Virus record (IMG/VR): IMGVR_UViG_3300030095_003304
Location: 1 to 24,255 of that record
DNA from: a virus
Lineage: Duplodnaviria > Caudoviricetes
Direction: 5' to 3' (one strand)
Length of the DNA stretch: 24,255 nucleotides
The notes beneath the pieces were generated by a model. It was not told the origin of the DNA and ran no database searches. It was given only the letters and a program-made list of their open reading frames with translations. Positions within the stretch are counted from its first letter, which is position 1. Each line of letters starts with the position of its first letter. The translations under genes were made by a program, and so were the position numbers. Shown in pieces: positions 12,753 through 22,169 of the stretch.

Positions 12753-15700
12753 TTATTTGCCAAAGAAAGACTTGAAGGCTTGCATACTACCCATTGTCTC
12801 CTCAACCTTTGGTGTAAGGACGCGTCGGTTAATCTGCTCCTGCAAATACCTAGCTGCTTCTTGCCTGTCCATACCTTCAATTCTTTCGATGAAGTATTGC
12901 GCTCTACCAGCTACCGATAATGACTTAACCCTTTTGTCGGCAGCTGTGATTCCAGCCGCCTCATCCTTTAGGAATGTTTCAACACGACGAACAACCGACT
13001 CATTTGCATCAGGGTCAATCAACATATCTTGAAGGACACGAGATCGCTCTTGCGGACTGCCTGCTTGTTGTATCTTGGTCTTGTATCCACTAGCGATCCT
13101 ACTTGCCTTTGCACGGCTAGTGTTCTCCTGCTTGTCTATGTTATCAATCAGTTGCTGGTTACCAGTCCGTAGCTCAAAGGTTTTGGCATACGTTTCACCA
13201 AAGAATCTGCGGAGAAGTGGGACATCTGCACGAGTGACCTTTTCTCCGTTCATCATTTTTGATGTAACATTAAACAATCTTTGAACCGTTGTGCCTGGAC
13301 CACCCGTGTAGTTGCGGTAAAGATAGAGTAGGTTCTCTGGAGATACCTCATATCCCATATCTTCTAGTTGTTCAGATAAGTTAAGAGCTAGCTCGCCTCC
13401 TTGGGTTCTGGCCGTCCACGGATGAATTTTCTCAACCTCGGAAATGTTTTCATTTTCCAACCAAGATGGTCGTATGTCTCGCCCTAGTCCGTCCTTGTTG
13501 CTTGCTAGTTCTGCTATTGGTCGAAGCACCGTTGGGACAGGCGAACCACCCATGGGGTTGTAAGAATCAATTATATTTTTACCCATGTCCTTGGCAACCG
13601 CAGAGGCATCAAGATTCTCCTCACCTCCGAACATGATTCTTTGACCGTAGTCAGCGGCAATCTTGAAGGGAACCATAGAGTAACCAATGGGAATAGAAAT
13701 ATAATCAAGGCTACCATCTGGCTTTTGACCACGAACAATTGTCATGTGCTTGTTTACCTTGAAGTCAGGAATCTTTTCACGCCAATTCTCATCAATGGTT
13801 TTGTTATACTTGTCCAGGGTGTAGGCTGTAGCCGTCAATCCCCCCATTACCGATGCGGCTAACCTTGGGTTCTTTACTGGGTTCATGCTACGCAAGAAAT
13901 TCTTAGCACCTTGAATGGCTGGGTTACTGAACAGATACAACGCTCTTAGTGTGTCGCCCTGCGCGCCCTGTAGCTGTGGGTCAAACGAACTGTTACGTGC
14001 CGCAAGTGCAGCCTGATCCATTGTCATTCCGTCTGCTCGTCCACGACGGTAAGTGGCAAATCTAGTTGCATTCTCAAACACCTCATTGATTCCGTTCACT
14101 ACCTTGTTGAACTGTCTAGCCTTAGACTTAGTGGGAGCATTTAGTTTTTTGCCCAGTTCAGCTATGTTCTTTTCAACGTCATCTAGTGTAGATAATCCAA
14201 GACCACCTGTCCTCGCACCTGATGATACAAACTCATCATAGAGTTTATCCATATCAGCCGCACGACCACCACTAGCCTTTTGTCCACGCAGGTTACGGGT
14301 AATGGTTCGCATATCATCACGAACGGTAGAAATTGGGTCAAGGGTTTTGAACGCCTGACCAAGTGACATCTTCTGCATATTGTTTACAAATGCTTCCGAA
14401 CGGTCACGAATCAAATTGGGAACCATGAACTCAGGATTGAATCGTGTATATAGACCACCAATGAATCTGTTGAATCCTTGAGCCGCCTTTATAATGCCAG
14501 TGGCAACCTCACGGTTAGTCCCCTTCATTGCCGAAGCAAGCCTTGGGTCTTTAAATTCTACGAACAATGGCTTGCCATTTTCAAATACAGTAAGCACATT
14601 CTTGTCTGCGTTTTCATACACAGGAACTTTCTTGGACGGAACCTTCTTACCCTGTGCGCGAAGTGTATTGGCTGACTCAGAGGTGTCCTTGACCAGTTTT
14701 GTGCTAACAACCTTGGGCTTACGGACGACAGCAATATCACCAGCAGTGGTAGGATTGTCCTTGACCAGCTTTACAAACGCTTGGTTAGCCTTGTTGACCT
14801 GCGCCCTACGGGTAGCACCAATAAGATTGTCTACAATGTTCTGCGATATATCGTTAACCTCAAGGTCAGAACCCTTGGCTCTGCGTATGCCAGATGCTAA
14901 TGTCTCGTAACGTCCAGAACGTCCAGCAATCGTTGAAGCTACATCTGCTAGTTCGTCAGTTTCCAATATGCGATTTAATGGAACGTAGTTAGGAAATTCT
15001 TTACGAAGCTTGTTGGCATCCACCTTACTGATTAACCCACCTTCTTCGATGGTATTGAGGATTCTTTTTGACAAGTCTTGACGTAAATCGATGGATTCTT
15101 GCAACTGCTTGTTTAACCCTCTGGCTTCAAAGTCACGCACCGTTTCTTGAAACTCTTTAGTTGTGCGACCAGCTGCCCCGTCACCACCAAACTTAGATTT
15201 GTTTGCCTTGTTGTAAGCAACTCCATGCTTGGCATATAGGTAATCATTAACCGAACGGGACAAGGTGCTTGCTTCAGAACCTAGTTCATTTGCTTTAGAT
15301 AAAAGGAACGCACCATCAACATCAACTAGTTTCTGTAACTCTTCGTTCTTGGCAGTTATCTTACCCTCGGCTAGTCTGCGCTGTAGATAGAAGTCACTTT
15401 CGTCAGACTTAACCTTCAACACTCCATCCTTTTGTTTAATCTGACCAGCAGCAACTTCGTTTTGTAAAACCCTAGCCCTTATCAAGTCATCACTGTATGC
15501 TTCACTGATTCCTAGTTTTACGTCACGGAAGTTTTTGGGAAGCATTTCACCGTATTCTTTACCTGTGCGCTCCACGCCATCAACGAGTATTTTGGCATCA
15601 GGGTCACCAATCTTAAACGCCTCACTAAGACGACGCGTAGGCATACCAGCAAACTTACTGTAAGCCTTACTAAAGGCTTCGCCACTTACCCCTAGACCTG

Positions 15701-16241
15701 CACCTAACGCGGCTCCTGTTAGACCCGCTGAAGCCAACTCGTCCATTGAGGGAAGTTCTCCTTCGTCTATGGCTGTCTCTGCAACTCTAGCTCCAGCAGA
15801 AATACCAGCACCTGCCGCAGCCTGTCTAGCTACTGCACTAGCACCAAACTTAGCTCCCTTGGCTCCAGGTATTAAATTGATAAATGCGTCAGCAACAATC
15901 TGTCCATAACTCAGATCACCATCTGGATCAAGGATTCGTTGGCGAGCTATCGAACCAGCGGCTCCAGCTCCCATACCACCAACTACATAACCAATGGCGG
16001 TTCCTATACCTGGAAGGGCAACTGTGCCAGCAGCAGCACCACCCAATCTACCTGCCTCGGAGATAGCTATATCTGCGGCAAATGCAGCAGCGTAATCAGC
16101 CGCACCAGGGCTTTCTTCCTCGTCAAAACCAGACAAGTCTATAGCCTCAGGTTGCACCGAGTCGACAGCATCAAAGCCAGAAAGGTCTAATGCCTTTGGC
16201 TCATCGACAACTTCGTCAAATCCAGATAGGTCAATAGCCAT
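12753..16241 (-). CDS. Large virion/DNA-ejection protein with LPD38-like C-terminal region (1162 aa)
   Basis: Acidic N-terminal DLSGFD repeats; Gly/Ala hydrophobic stretches; YVPLNR, TRFNPEF-x3-NLIRD, FENATR, LYLFSNPAIQG, IPIGY and ELASNKD-x2-GR-x-I segments recalled as typical of LPD38-containing proteins; last gene of the virion arm. Confidence 0.7.
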   Translation of the reverse strand: MAIDLSGFDEVVDEPKALDLSGFDAVDSVQPEAIDLSGFDEEESPGAADYAAAFAADIAISEAGRLGGAAAGTVALPGIGTAIGYVVGGMGAGAAGSIARQRILDPDGDLSYGQIVADAFINLIPGAKGAKFGASAVARQAAAGAGISAGARVAETAIDEGELPSMDELASAGLTGAALGAGLGVSGEAFSKAYSKFAGMPTRRLSEAFKIGDPDAKILVDGVERTGKEYGEMLPKNFRDVKLGISEAYSDDLIRARVLQNEVAAGQIKQKDGVLKVKSDESDFYLQRRLAEGKITAKNEELQKLVDVDGAFLLSKANELGSEASTLSRSVNDYLYAKHGVAYNKANKSKFGGDGAAGRTTKEFQETVRDFEARGLNKQLQESIDLRQDLSKRILNTIEEGGLISKVDANKLRKEFPNYVPLNRILETDELADVASTIAGRSGRYETLASGIRRAKGSDLEVNDISQNIVDNLIGATRRAQVNKANQAFVKLVKDNPTTAGDIAVVRKPKVVSTKLVKDTSESANTLRAQGKKVPSKKVPVYENADKNVLTVFENGKPLFVEFKDPRLASAMKGTNREVATGIIKAAQGFNRFIGGLYTRFNPEFMVPNLIRDRSEAFVNNMQKMSLGQAFKTLDPISTVRDDMRTITRNLRGQKASGGRAADMDKLYDEFVSSGARTGGLGLSTLDDVEKNIAELGKKLNAPTKSKARQFNKVVNGINEVFENATRFATYRRGRADGMTMDQAALAARNSSFDPQLQGAQGDTLRALYLFSNPAIQGAKNFLRSMNPVKNPRLAASVMGGLTATAYTLDKYNKTIDENWREKIPDFKVNKHMTIVRGQKPDGSLDYISIPIGYSMVPFKIAADYGQRIMFGGEENLDASAVAKDMGKNIIDSYNPMGGSPVPTVLRPIAELASNKDGLGRDIRPSWLENENISEVEKIHPWTARTQGGELALNLSEQLEDMGYEVSPENLLYLYRNYTGGPGTTVQRLFNVTSKMMNGEKVTRADVPLLRRFFGETYAKTFELRTGNQQLIDNIDKQENTSRAKASRIASGYKTKIQQAGSPQERSRVLQDMLIDPDANESVVRRVETFLKDEAAGITAADKRVKSLSVAGRAQYFIERIEGMDRQEAARYLQEQINRRVLTPKVEETMGSMQAFKSFFGK

Positions 16242-16244
16242 ATT

Positions 16245-18200
16245 TTATTTTAGTTTACCAGCTTTTCTTAGTTCTTCGATGGCTTTTCCTCGTGTAATTT
16301 CATTGTCAGCCATAACTTTTTGAATACCAAGTTCTTGTTGTGGTGTAAATTCATCGCCCGTTGCAACCTCTGGTGTGTCTACGGTTGGAGCAGGTGTTGC
16401 TGTTGCTACTTCTCCACCTCCAGCAGCAATCGCGTCGGCAATAGCTGAAGAAACTTCGCCCGCCGCACCTCCAGCTTTCGTAGAAGGTTGACGCTCGAAC
16501 TCATTAAGTTTCCTTTCAAAGTAAATAAAACCATTGTGCTCTAGGATTCTTGGCTCAAATGGTTCACCTTCTTTGGGCTCAGGACGAATCGGCTGATAGT
16601 ATTCAGGTGCAAGTTGTATAAGTCTCTGATCACCTATTTCCACTATTTGTGGCTTGAAGTCTTTTTTTGCTTCTGCATCCCTAAGTTTAATAGCATCCAA
16701 AGCCCTCTTAGTTTCTAGTTCTGCTAGGCGTTCTGGCTCTGCCGCCTGTATTGATCTAGCTAAAGCATTAACCTGAGATGCAGATGGATTTCTTACTCCT
16801 CTTGCGGCTAGTTGACCTTCCGCTCTACGCCTTGCGTCGTCAAAGGACAGACCTGCTGTTTGTCCACCAGTGATTTTACTTTGTGCTACACGAGTATCCC
16901 TGTCCGCTTGGCTTTCGCCTGGCCGCCTTTCATTTTCTCTAAGTCTAGCCTCACGTGCCTCGCTGTCGCCCTCGAAACTTCCCGTGCCACCGATGCGTTG
17001 TTGTCTAGCTAGGCTGTCTTGTTCAAATGATGATAGGGCATCAACGGGAGGTTGTGAGCTAGCAGGGATTCGATTAACAGGTTGTTGTGTTTCTGGTGAT
17101 CTTACTTCATTTCCTTGAGCATCGTATCCTATAAGTTCACCTGGTCTAAATATACCTTGTTCTCTGTCCTCTATTCCGTCTCTGTTTCCGTCCCTAAACT
17201 CCGCCGTCTGCCCCGAAGGTCTAGCTACTTGGGACATTATTTTATCGGGAACTTTTACAGGTCCAGTTGAGGGTTGTGTAGTAGCAGCAGGAACGGCACT
17301 ATCAACAGGAGGCTGTGCAACTTCGCCTTGTGCTTGTAACCGTAAAGCTTCTTGTGTAGGTCTAAAGCGCAGACGACCTTGAGCATCTACGAACTGCTCC
17401 GTGCGTTGTTCTGGAGCATCCTCATAACGCATAAACTGGGATAAGGTTTGAGTTGGCGGTGTAACGGTTGCTTCTCCTTGTGTTGCCTCTAGACTCTGCG
17501 CTTCCATTATTGGATTAACCTGTCCTGCATTTTCTGTAGAAAAAGCATTCACCGATGGAACCTGACCAACTGTTTCTGAAGGAAAGGTCAAAGAGTTAGG
17601 TGACGTAAACTGAGTTTCTCCAAGGGCTGACTCCACTGAAGGGGCTCGTGTTCCCCTTCTTGTTTCACCATAATCAGTGCTCGACAAAAAATCTAATACA
17701 ACATTTTGACTACTTTCTCCAGTACGAGGTCGTCTAAAACGAGCAAGACGAACTGATTCTTCAGGACTGTCAATGTTTGGCGACCCAACAGCTACCTCTT
17801 GATTCAGCGCAGTATTAACCGCACTAGTAGAAGTCGTTTCTGGTGATGGTGTAATAGCATTTACATCTACGTTAGGTTTAACCTCACCACCTGGAGTAAA
17901 CACAGAGAGCGCACTTGCCCTAGGGGTAGAAACATCGTCAGCATAGGGAAGAAATGTTACTGGATTAGGTGCAGATGCAGGAGCCTCAAGGCTTTGTGGT
18001 TGCATCATTGGGTTCACCTGCCCAGCCGCCTCCATAGAGAAGGGGGATACCGCTGGTGCTTGTCCAAACGCAGACGCAGGAACGTTCCCTGCCCCCATCA
18101 TTGCACCCTGTGCCGCAAGTTCTGCCTTCCTTCTCTCCTCTTCTTCGGCGTTATAATTTGTTCCGAAAAGGTTTTGGTTTGGTGTATCTCCTATTGCCAT
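16245..18200 (-). CDS. Pro/Gln/Ser-rich, largely disordered protein; probable internal virion/ejection protein (651 aa)
   Basis: Long ORF of low-complexity composition adjacent to the LPD38-like gene; function inferred from position. Confidence 0.6.
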   Translation of the reverse strand: MAIGDTPNQNLFGTNYNAEEEERRKAELAAQGAMMGAGNVPASAFGQAPAVSPFSMEAAGQVNPMMQPQSLEAPASAPNPVTFLPYADDVSTPRASALSVFTPGGEVKPNVDVNAITPSPETTSTSAVNTALNQEVAVGSPNIDSPEESVRLARFRRPRTGESSQNVVLDFLSSTDYGETRRGTRAPSVESALGETQFTSPNSLTFPSETVGQVPSVNAFSTENAGQVNPIMEAQSLEATQGEATVTPPTQTLSQFMRYEDAPEQRTEQFVDAQGRLRFRPTQEALRLQAQGEVAQPPVDSAVPAATTQPSTGPVKVPDKIMSQVARPSGQTAEFRDGNRDGIEDREQGIFRPGELIGYDAQGNEVRSPETQQPVNRIPASSQPPVDALSSFEQDSLARQQRIGGTGSFEGDSEAREARLRENERRPGESQADRDTRVAQSKITGGQTAGLSFDDARRRAEGQLAARGVRNPSASQVNALARSIQAAEPERLAELETKRALDAIKLRDAEAKKDFKPQIVEIGDQRLIQLAPEYYQPIRPEPKEGEPFEPRILEHNGFIYFERKLNEFERQPSTKAGGAAGEVSSAIADAIAAGGGEVATATPAPTVDTPEVATGDEFTPQQELGIQKVMADNEITRGKAIEELRKAGKLK

Positions 18201-18226
18201 AGCTGTATTATATCATAAAGGGTTAG

Positions 18227-19012
18227 TTAGTAAGTGTAAAAGTCTATAGAATCTATGGTAGCCTCTTTGGTAGGCTCAGGTGAAGAACCCTGAAAATAAT
18301 CAAAAGTTGCACGAACAAAAGTAATTCCAGAAATAGTTGCATAACTATAAGTCCAATCGGTGTCCTCTTCTTCGACTACAGAGCCAATGCAGTCATAAGC
18401 TCCAGCACTATTCCCAATGACATCGTCTTCGTCTGTATATCTTGCGCTTGCAGTAAAATTCATAAAACTATCATTGCCACTAACCGCATCTGAACGATCT
18501 GGGTCTCCCAAAAAACTTTCAAGTCCATAACCAATAAAATTATTCTCATCTGTTGTTTCGCCATTGTAAAATCGCATAAACTCAAAATCAATTCCTATAA
18601 CTAGTTGAGCGTCCGCTTGAAACTGACCGCCCAAGGATGATTTAAAGTCAAGCTCAAAGTCTTCAGTACCAGGGACTCCAGTAATGCAAACTCTTTCGTT
18701 TGGTTTTGAATGCTTTACTCCATCGTGATCTTTAAAATCAGCAACCACTTCATCAACCGAAGAACTTATAGTTACTCCGTCAGCATCAGTTCCACTTACA
18801 GAACAAGTCCCTTTTAATGAATACAAGTTCCAATATAACTTCATTGCATTAACTAAAGATGTTGATATCTTAGCATCTGTTGGGCTTGGACTTTCCTTTG
18901 ATACACCGCCTAGCGTAGTCCATCGGTCATATCCAGACACATCAACCTTTTCTAAACACAACGGAAACCCGTTGCCCCTTCCTAGTGCTGTAAATGAAGT
19001 TGCGGTTGGCAT
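18227..19012 (-). CDS. Hypothetical acidic virion-associated protein (261 aa)
   Basis: Long ORF in the structural arm; beta-rich composition; ends IDFYTY. Confidence 0.7.
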   Translation of the reverse strand: MPTATSFTALGRGNGFPLCLEKVDVSGYDRWTTLGGVSKESPSPTDAKISTSLVNAMKLYWNLYSLKGTCSVSGTDADGVTISSSVDEVVADFKDHDGVKHSKPNERVCITGVPGTEDFELDFKSSLGGQFQADAQLVIGIDFEFMRFYNGETTDENNFIGYGLESFLGDPDRSDAVSGNDSFMNFTASARYTDEDDVIGNSAGAYDCIGSVVEEEDTDWTYSYATISGITFVRATFDYFQGSSPEPTKEATIDSIDFYTY

Positions 19013-19014
19013 TA

Positions 19015-19440
19015 CTATGCAGAAGTTATTGGGAAGTTAGCTCCGTCACTTGATGGATACACGCCAGTATCAGAGTCATAAGGAATGTCTATGTAAAACG
19101 GAGAACCGTTAATACATATTAAAACCGAACCATTAAATTCTACACTGCTTGCGCTTTCCCCATCATCATCATCTGCTCCGAACTGGTCAATCCCGTCATT
19201 TGATATCGTTTCATCCGTTCCCTCTTTGTTAAACCCAGGGTCATATTCACCCGTTTCTACGTCGTAGATGTTGCCCTCTTGGGCTTCAAGTAATTGAGAA
19301 CCCTCTCCATACGTTTCCGTATCAGCGGCACGTTGCCGTCTATTGGACTCCTGTAACCGACTTTTTTTGTCAGCTGCTCGCTGTGCGGCCTGTTTGTTGC
19401 GTTCTTCACGAGCCTGTTCTGCCTTGGTCATCTCTTCCAT
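19015..19440 (-). CDS. Hypothetical protein (141 aa; charged N-terminal helix, acidic linker)
   Basis: TAATG overlap with the upstream gene. Confidence 0.75.
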   Translation of the reverse strand: MEEMTKAEQAREERNKQAAQRAADKKSRLQESNRRQRAADTETYGEGSQLLEAQEGNIYDVETGEYDPGFNKEGTDETISNDGIDQFGADDDDGESASSVEFNGSVLICINGSPFYIDIPYDSDTGVYPSSDGANFPITSA

Positions 19441-22169
19441 TAATCGTATGGTCCTCCAACTGAACTTTCTTGTGCGGGTATAGCTTCTGTAACAATGATG
19501 GTTTTTTTGTAGTAAGTTGTTCCATCTACATCATCAAAAGCTGCCGCTATTTTTACGTCCAGAACCCACTTTGACCCCACGGGATTAGAAGGTCCTTTAT
19601 TTATAGTTGCAATAAAACCAATAGAAGGCGTAGCCGTTACTTTTAGACTTCCTTGGAAAAGAAACTGAGCAAAATTACCAAATGAGGCGGGTATAAGCCC
19701 ATTAAAAGTGTCAACGTCTGTTCTGTATCCTCTAAGGGCTTTCGAGGTATTGAACACCTCTGTACCGCCTGCAGCAGTTACCGATACTGCTCCCCAATCG
19801 TTTGGTGACCACAACCCAACTGCGGAGCCATACTTGTAGTCACTGGATTCAATGGTGCTAGTTTTTGTAAAAAATACATAGACTGTAGATCTGACCTTTG
19901 ATTGAGCAGGAGCTTTTGTAAGTTCAATCTGAAGATTTCCAATTTGCCCACCAACAGAACTTGAGGGTACAAATAAACCAGGATAAGTAAAATTAGAAAA
20001 TACCTCAAAGCTGTGAACGGGAATAGTGCCAGCTGTGCCTAACGCATTACCACTCTTGTCCTGCATTGTCGTAACGGAAATGGTCTTTAGACCTTGAAAG
20101 TTACTTGTGCTACGTGCAGTTACGGGACCAACTGTAGAACCTTCTGTTACAAGGAATACTGTTGTTACTTGCTTTACGCCTTCGGCTAAGTTTTTAGTAG
20201 ATACACTTAGAGTTCCAGACTGTAGCCAAACGGACTCCCGAGTTTTAATTGCTCCTCCGTTATCAATAACCTGTGAACCAAGGAACAGTCCTGACGTAGG
20301 TGCAGTTGAGGAGACAGCACCAATGGTTTGTGCAGTAAAGTCCGAAGCACTAAGTTCAAGTAACCTAATTCGATTCAATCCATTTAACTCACGGTCCTGT
20401 ATGGATGACTCATCAAGCTGATACTCAAACGTAGATGTTTTTATGCCAGCAAAATCACTCTCTCGTTGAGAGATTAACTTGTGCTCCGATGTAACTTCAC
20501 TCAACGCGCTAGTTACTTCTGAAGATGTTTTGTTAAACGCTTGAACGGAGACACGCTTTTGACCATCATTAAAATCCTGAGTAACAGAAAGTATGTTGGG
20601 TTTCAGGAATGTAAACCTCTTAGTAGAAATACCACCTACATTGGATTCTTGTTCATTAGCTGTTGAATAACCAGAGGGCGGGGACGGAGTTCCGTTAAAC
20701 ACTTCTTTAACAACAGCTAGCTGACCCCCTACCTTATCCTGTGTCTCTGACAGGACTACGTTGTTTTTTAAGAATCTATATCTTAAAGTAGGTATTCCCT
20801 GAAAGTTTGATTTTTCTCTGCTCGCTTCGGAGTAACCACTTAGCGCAACCCCAGAAATATTTTTACCCCCGAACGCATCATCGTCTGGTTTGAATACTTC
20901 ATTTGTTATGGCAAGTTGACTGCCTACCCTGTCCTCCGATACGGAAAGAACTACATTATCTTTTAGGAAAGTATATCGTTCCGTAGGTATGCCTTGGACA
21001 TTTGATTCATCTTTACGGGCTAAGGAGTAATTGGTCTTAGTTTTTCTTGATGCAGACGGCTTGAACCACTCTTCGGTAATGCTGTTCTGACTTCCTACTT
21101 CGTCCTCGGACTGAGACAGTTGAACGTCTTCCTTGAGGAATCGGTATTCAATGGTCTTAATACCTTCAAAGTCCGACGTGTTCTGACTTGCTAGGCTGTA
21201 TCCCGATACGGTCTTATCCTCGGAAGGATTGAACCATTGCTGAGAAATTGCAAGCTGGCTTCCTACCTTGTCTTCTGATTGAGATAGTTGAACATTATTT
21301 TTAAGAAAAGTAAACTGCTTGGTTGGAATGCCATCTACGTTGGACTCCCGTTCGTTAGCTATTGAGTAACCAGATATTGCAGATGGAGTGCCGTTAAACA
21401 CCTCTTTAACAATGGACAGTTGGCTTCCCACCTTATCTTCAGTTTTGGACAAGGTTACGTTATTTTTTAAAAAACGAAACTGCCTGGTGGGGATACCATT
21501 GAAGTTAGATACCCGCTCGTCAGCGATTGAGTAACCAGAGATTGCAGATGGAGTGCTGGCAAAGGTTTCTTTTACAATAGATAGCTGACTTCCTACTTTA
21601 TCTTTTGTTTCGGACAGAGTTCCTGCTTCTATATAGACTTCGGTTACCTCCCTGTAGCTATCTGTATCATCAACTTCATAGTTAGCCAAGACACAGGTAA
21701 CTTCTGTTTCAGTATCAATCTGTGACGTAATAGAAGTTGTTCCAACGGTTTTTTGAAAATCAGTTCCAGCTTTTGCAATGCTCTTTCTTGTTACACGACG
21801 CAATCCGTTCTCTATGTAATTAACATTATCATCCTTTACCTGGACAAAGCTGTCGCCTAGAGTTTCATAAGTAAGAACTACAATGTAATCTGAGCCATCA
21901 CGCGGAGAACGATTGCCAGACTGGACTTCAGTCAAGCGCATATCCGTGTATGCTTCTCCCGTGCGTGGAGCCAAGCCATCTATGGACATCTCTGCGGATT
22001 CCAACGATCCGAAGTCAGGGAAGATGCGAGCCTTGTTAGAACTATACCAGTCCTCACGACTGTTTATCGAACTACAAGTTATGGTTAGTTTGTAACGACC
22101 ATTTTGTAACTGCTCGACGGATGGAGTTCCGATGAGCTTTAGTCTATTTGTTCTGTGAGAGATTGCCAT
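19440..22169 (-). CDS. Repeat-containing structural/tail protein (909 aa)
   Basis: S/T-rich, with six clear and about two degenerate ~55-aa repeats; translationally coupled to the tail fibre gene. Confidence 0.75.
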   Translation of the reverse strand: MAISHRTNRLKLIGTPSVEQLQNGRYKLTITCSSINSREDWYSSNKARIFPDFGSLESAEMSIDGLAPRTGEAYTDMRLTEVQSGNRSPRDGSDYIVVLTYETLGDSFVQVKDDNVNYIENGLRRVTRKSIAKAGTDFQKTVGTTSITSQIDTETEVTCVLANYEVDDTDSYREVTEVYIEAGTLSETKDKVGSQLSIVKETFASTPSAISGYSIADERVSNFNGIPTRQFRFLKNNVTLSKTEDKVGSQLSIVKEVFNGTPSAISGYSIANERESNVDGIPTKQFTFLKNNVQLSQSEDKVGSQLAISQQWFNPSEDKTVSGYSLASQNTSDFEGIKTIEYRFLKEDVQLSQSEDEVGSQNSITEEWFKPSASRKTKTNYSLARKDESNVQGIPTERYTFLKDNVVLSVSEDRVGSQLAITNEVFKPDDDAFGGKNISGVALSGYSEASREKSNFQGIPTLRYRFLKNNVVLSETQDKVGGQLAVVKEVFNGTPSPPSGYSTANEQESNVGGISTKRFTFLKPNILSVTQDFNDGQKRVSVQAFNKTSSEVTSALSEVTSEHKLISQRESDFAGIKTSTFEYQLDESSIQDRELNGLNRIRLLELSASDFTAQTIGAVSSTAPTSGLFLGSQVIDNGGAIKTRESVWLQSGTLSVSTKNLAEGVKQVTTVFLVTEGSTVGPVTARSTSNFQGLKTISVTTMQDKSGNALGTAGTIPVHSFEVFSNFTYPGLFVPSSSVGGQIGNLQIELTKAPAQSKVRSTVYVFFTKTSTIESSDYKYGSAVGLWSPNDWGAVSVTAAGGTEVFNTSKALRGYRTDVDTFNGLIPASFGNFAQFLFQGSLKVTATPSIGFIATINKGPSNPVGSKWVLDVKIAAAFDDVDGTTYYKKTIIVTEAIPAQESSVGGPYD
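20595..21623 (-). repeat. Six tandem ~55-65 aa coding repeats (LS-x3-D-x-VG-x-Q...Y-S...S[ND]-x2-GI-x-T-x2-[FY]-x-FLK)
   Basis: Visible in the translation and partly at DNA level (e.g. ATTGAGTAACCAGA-x-ATTGCAGATGGAGTGC twice). Confidence 0.9.
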
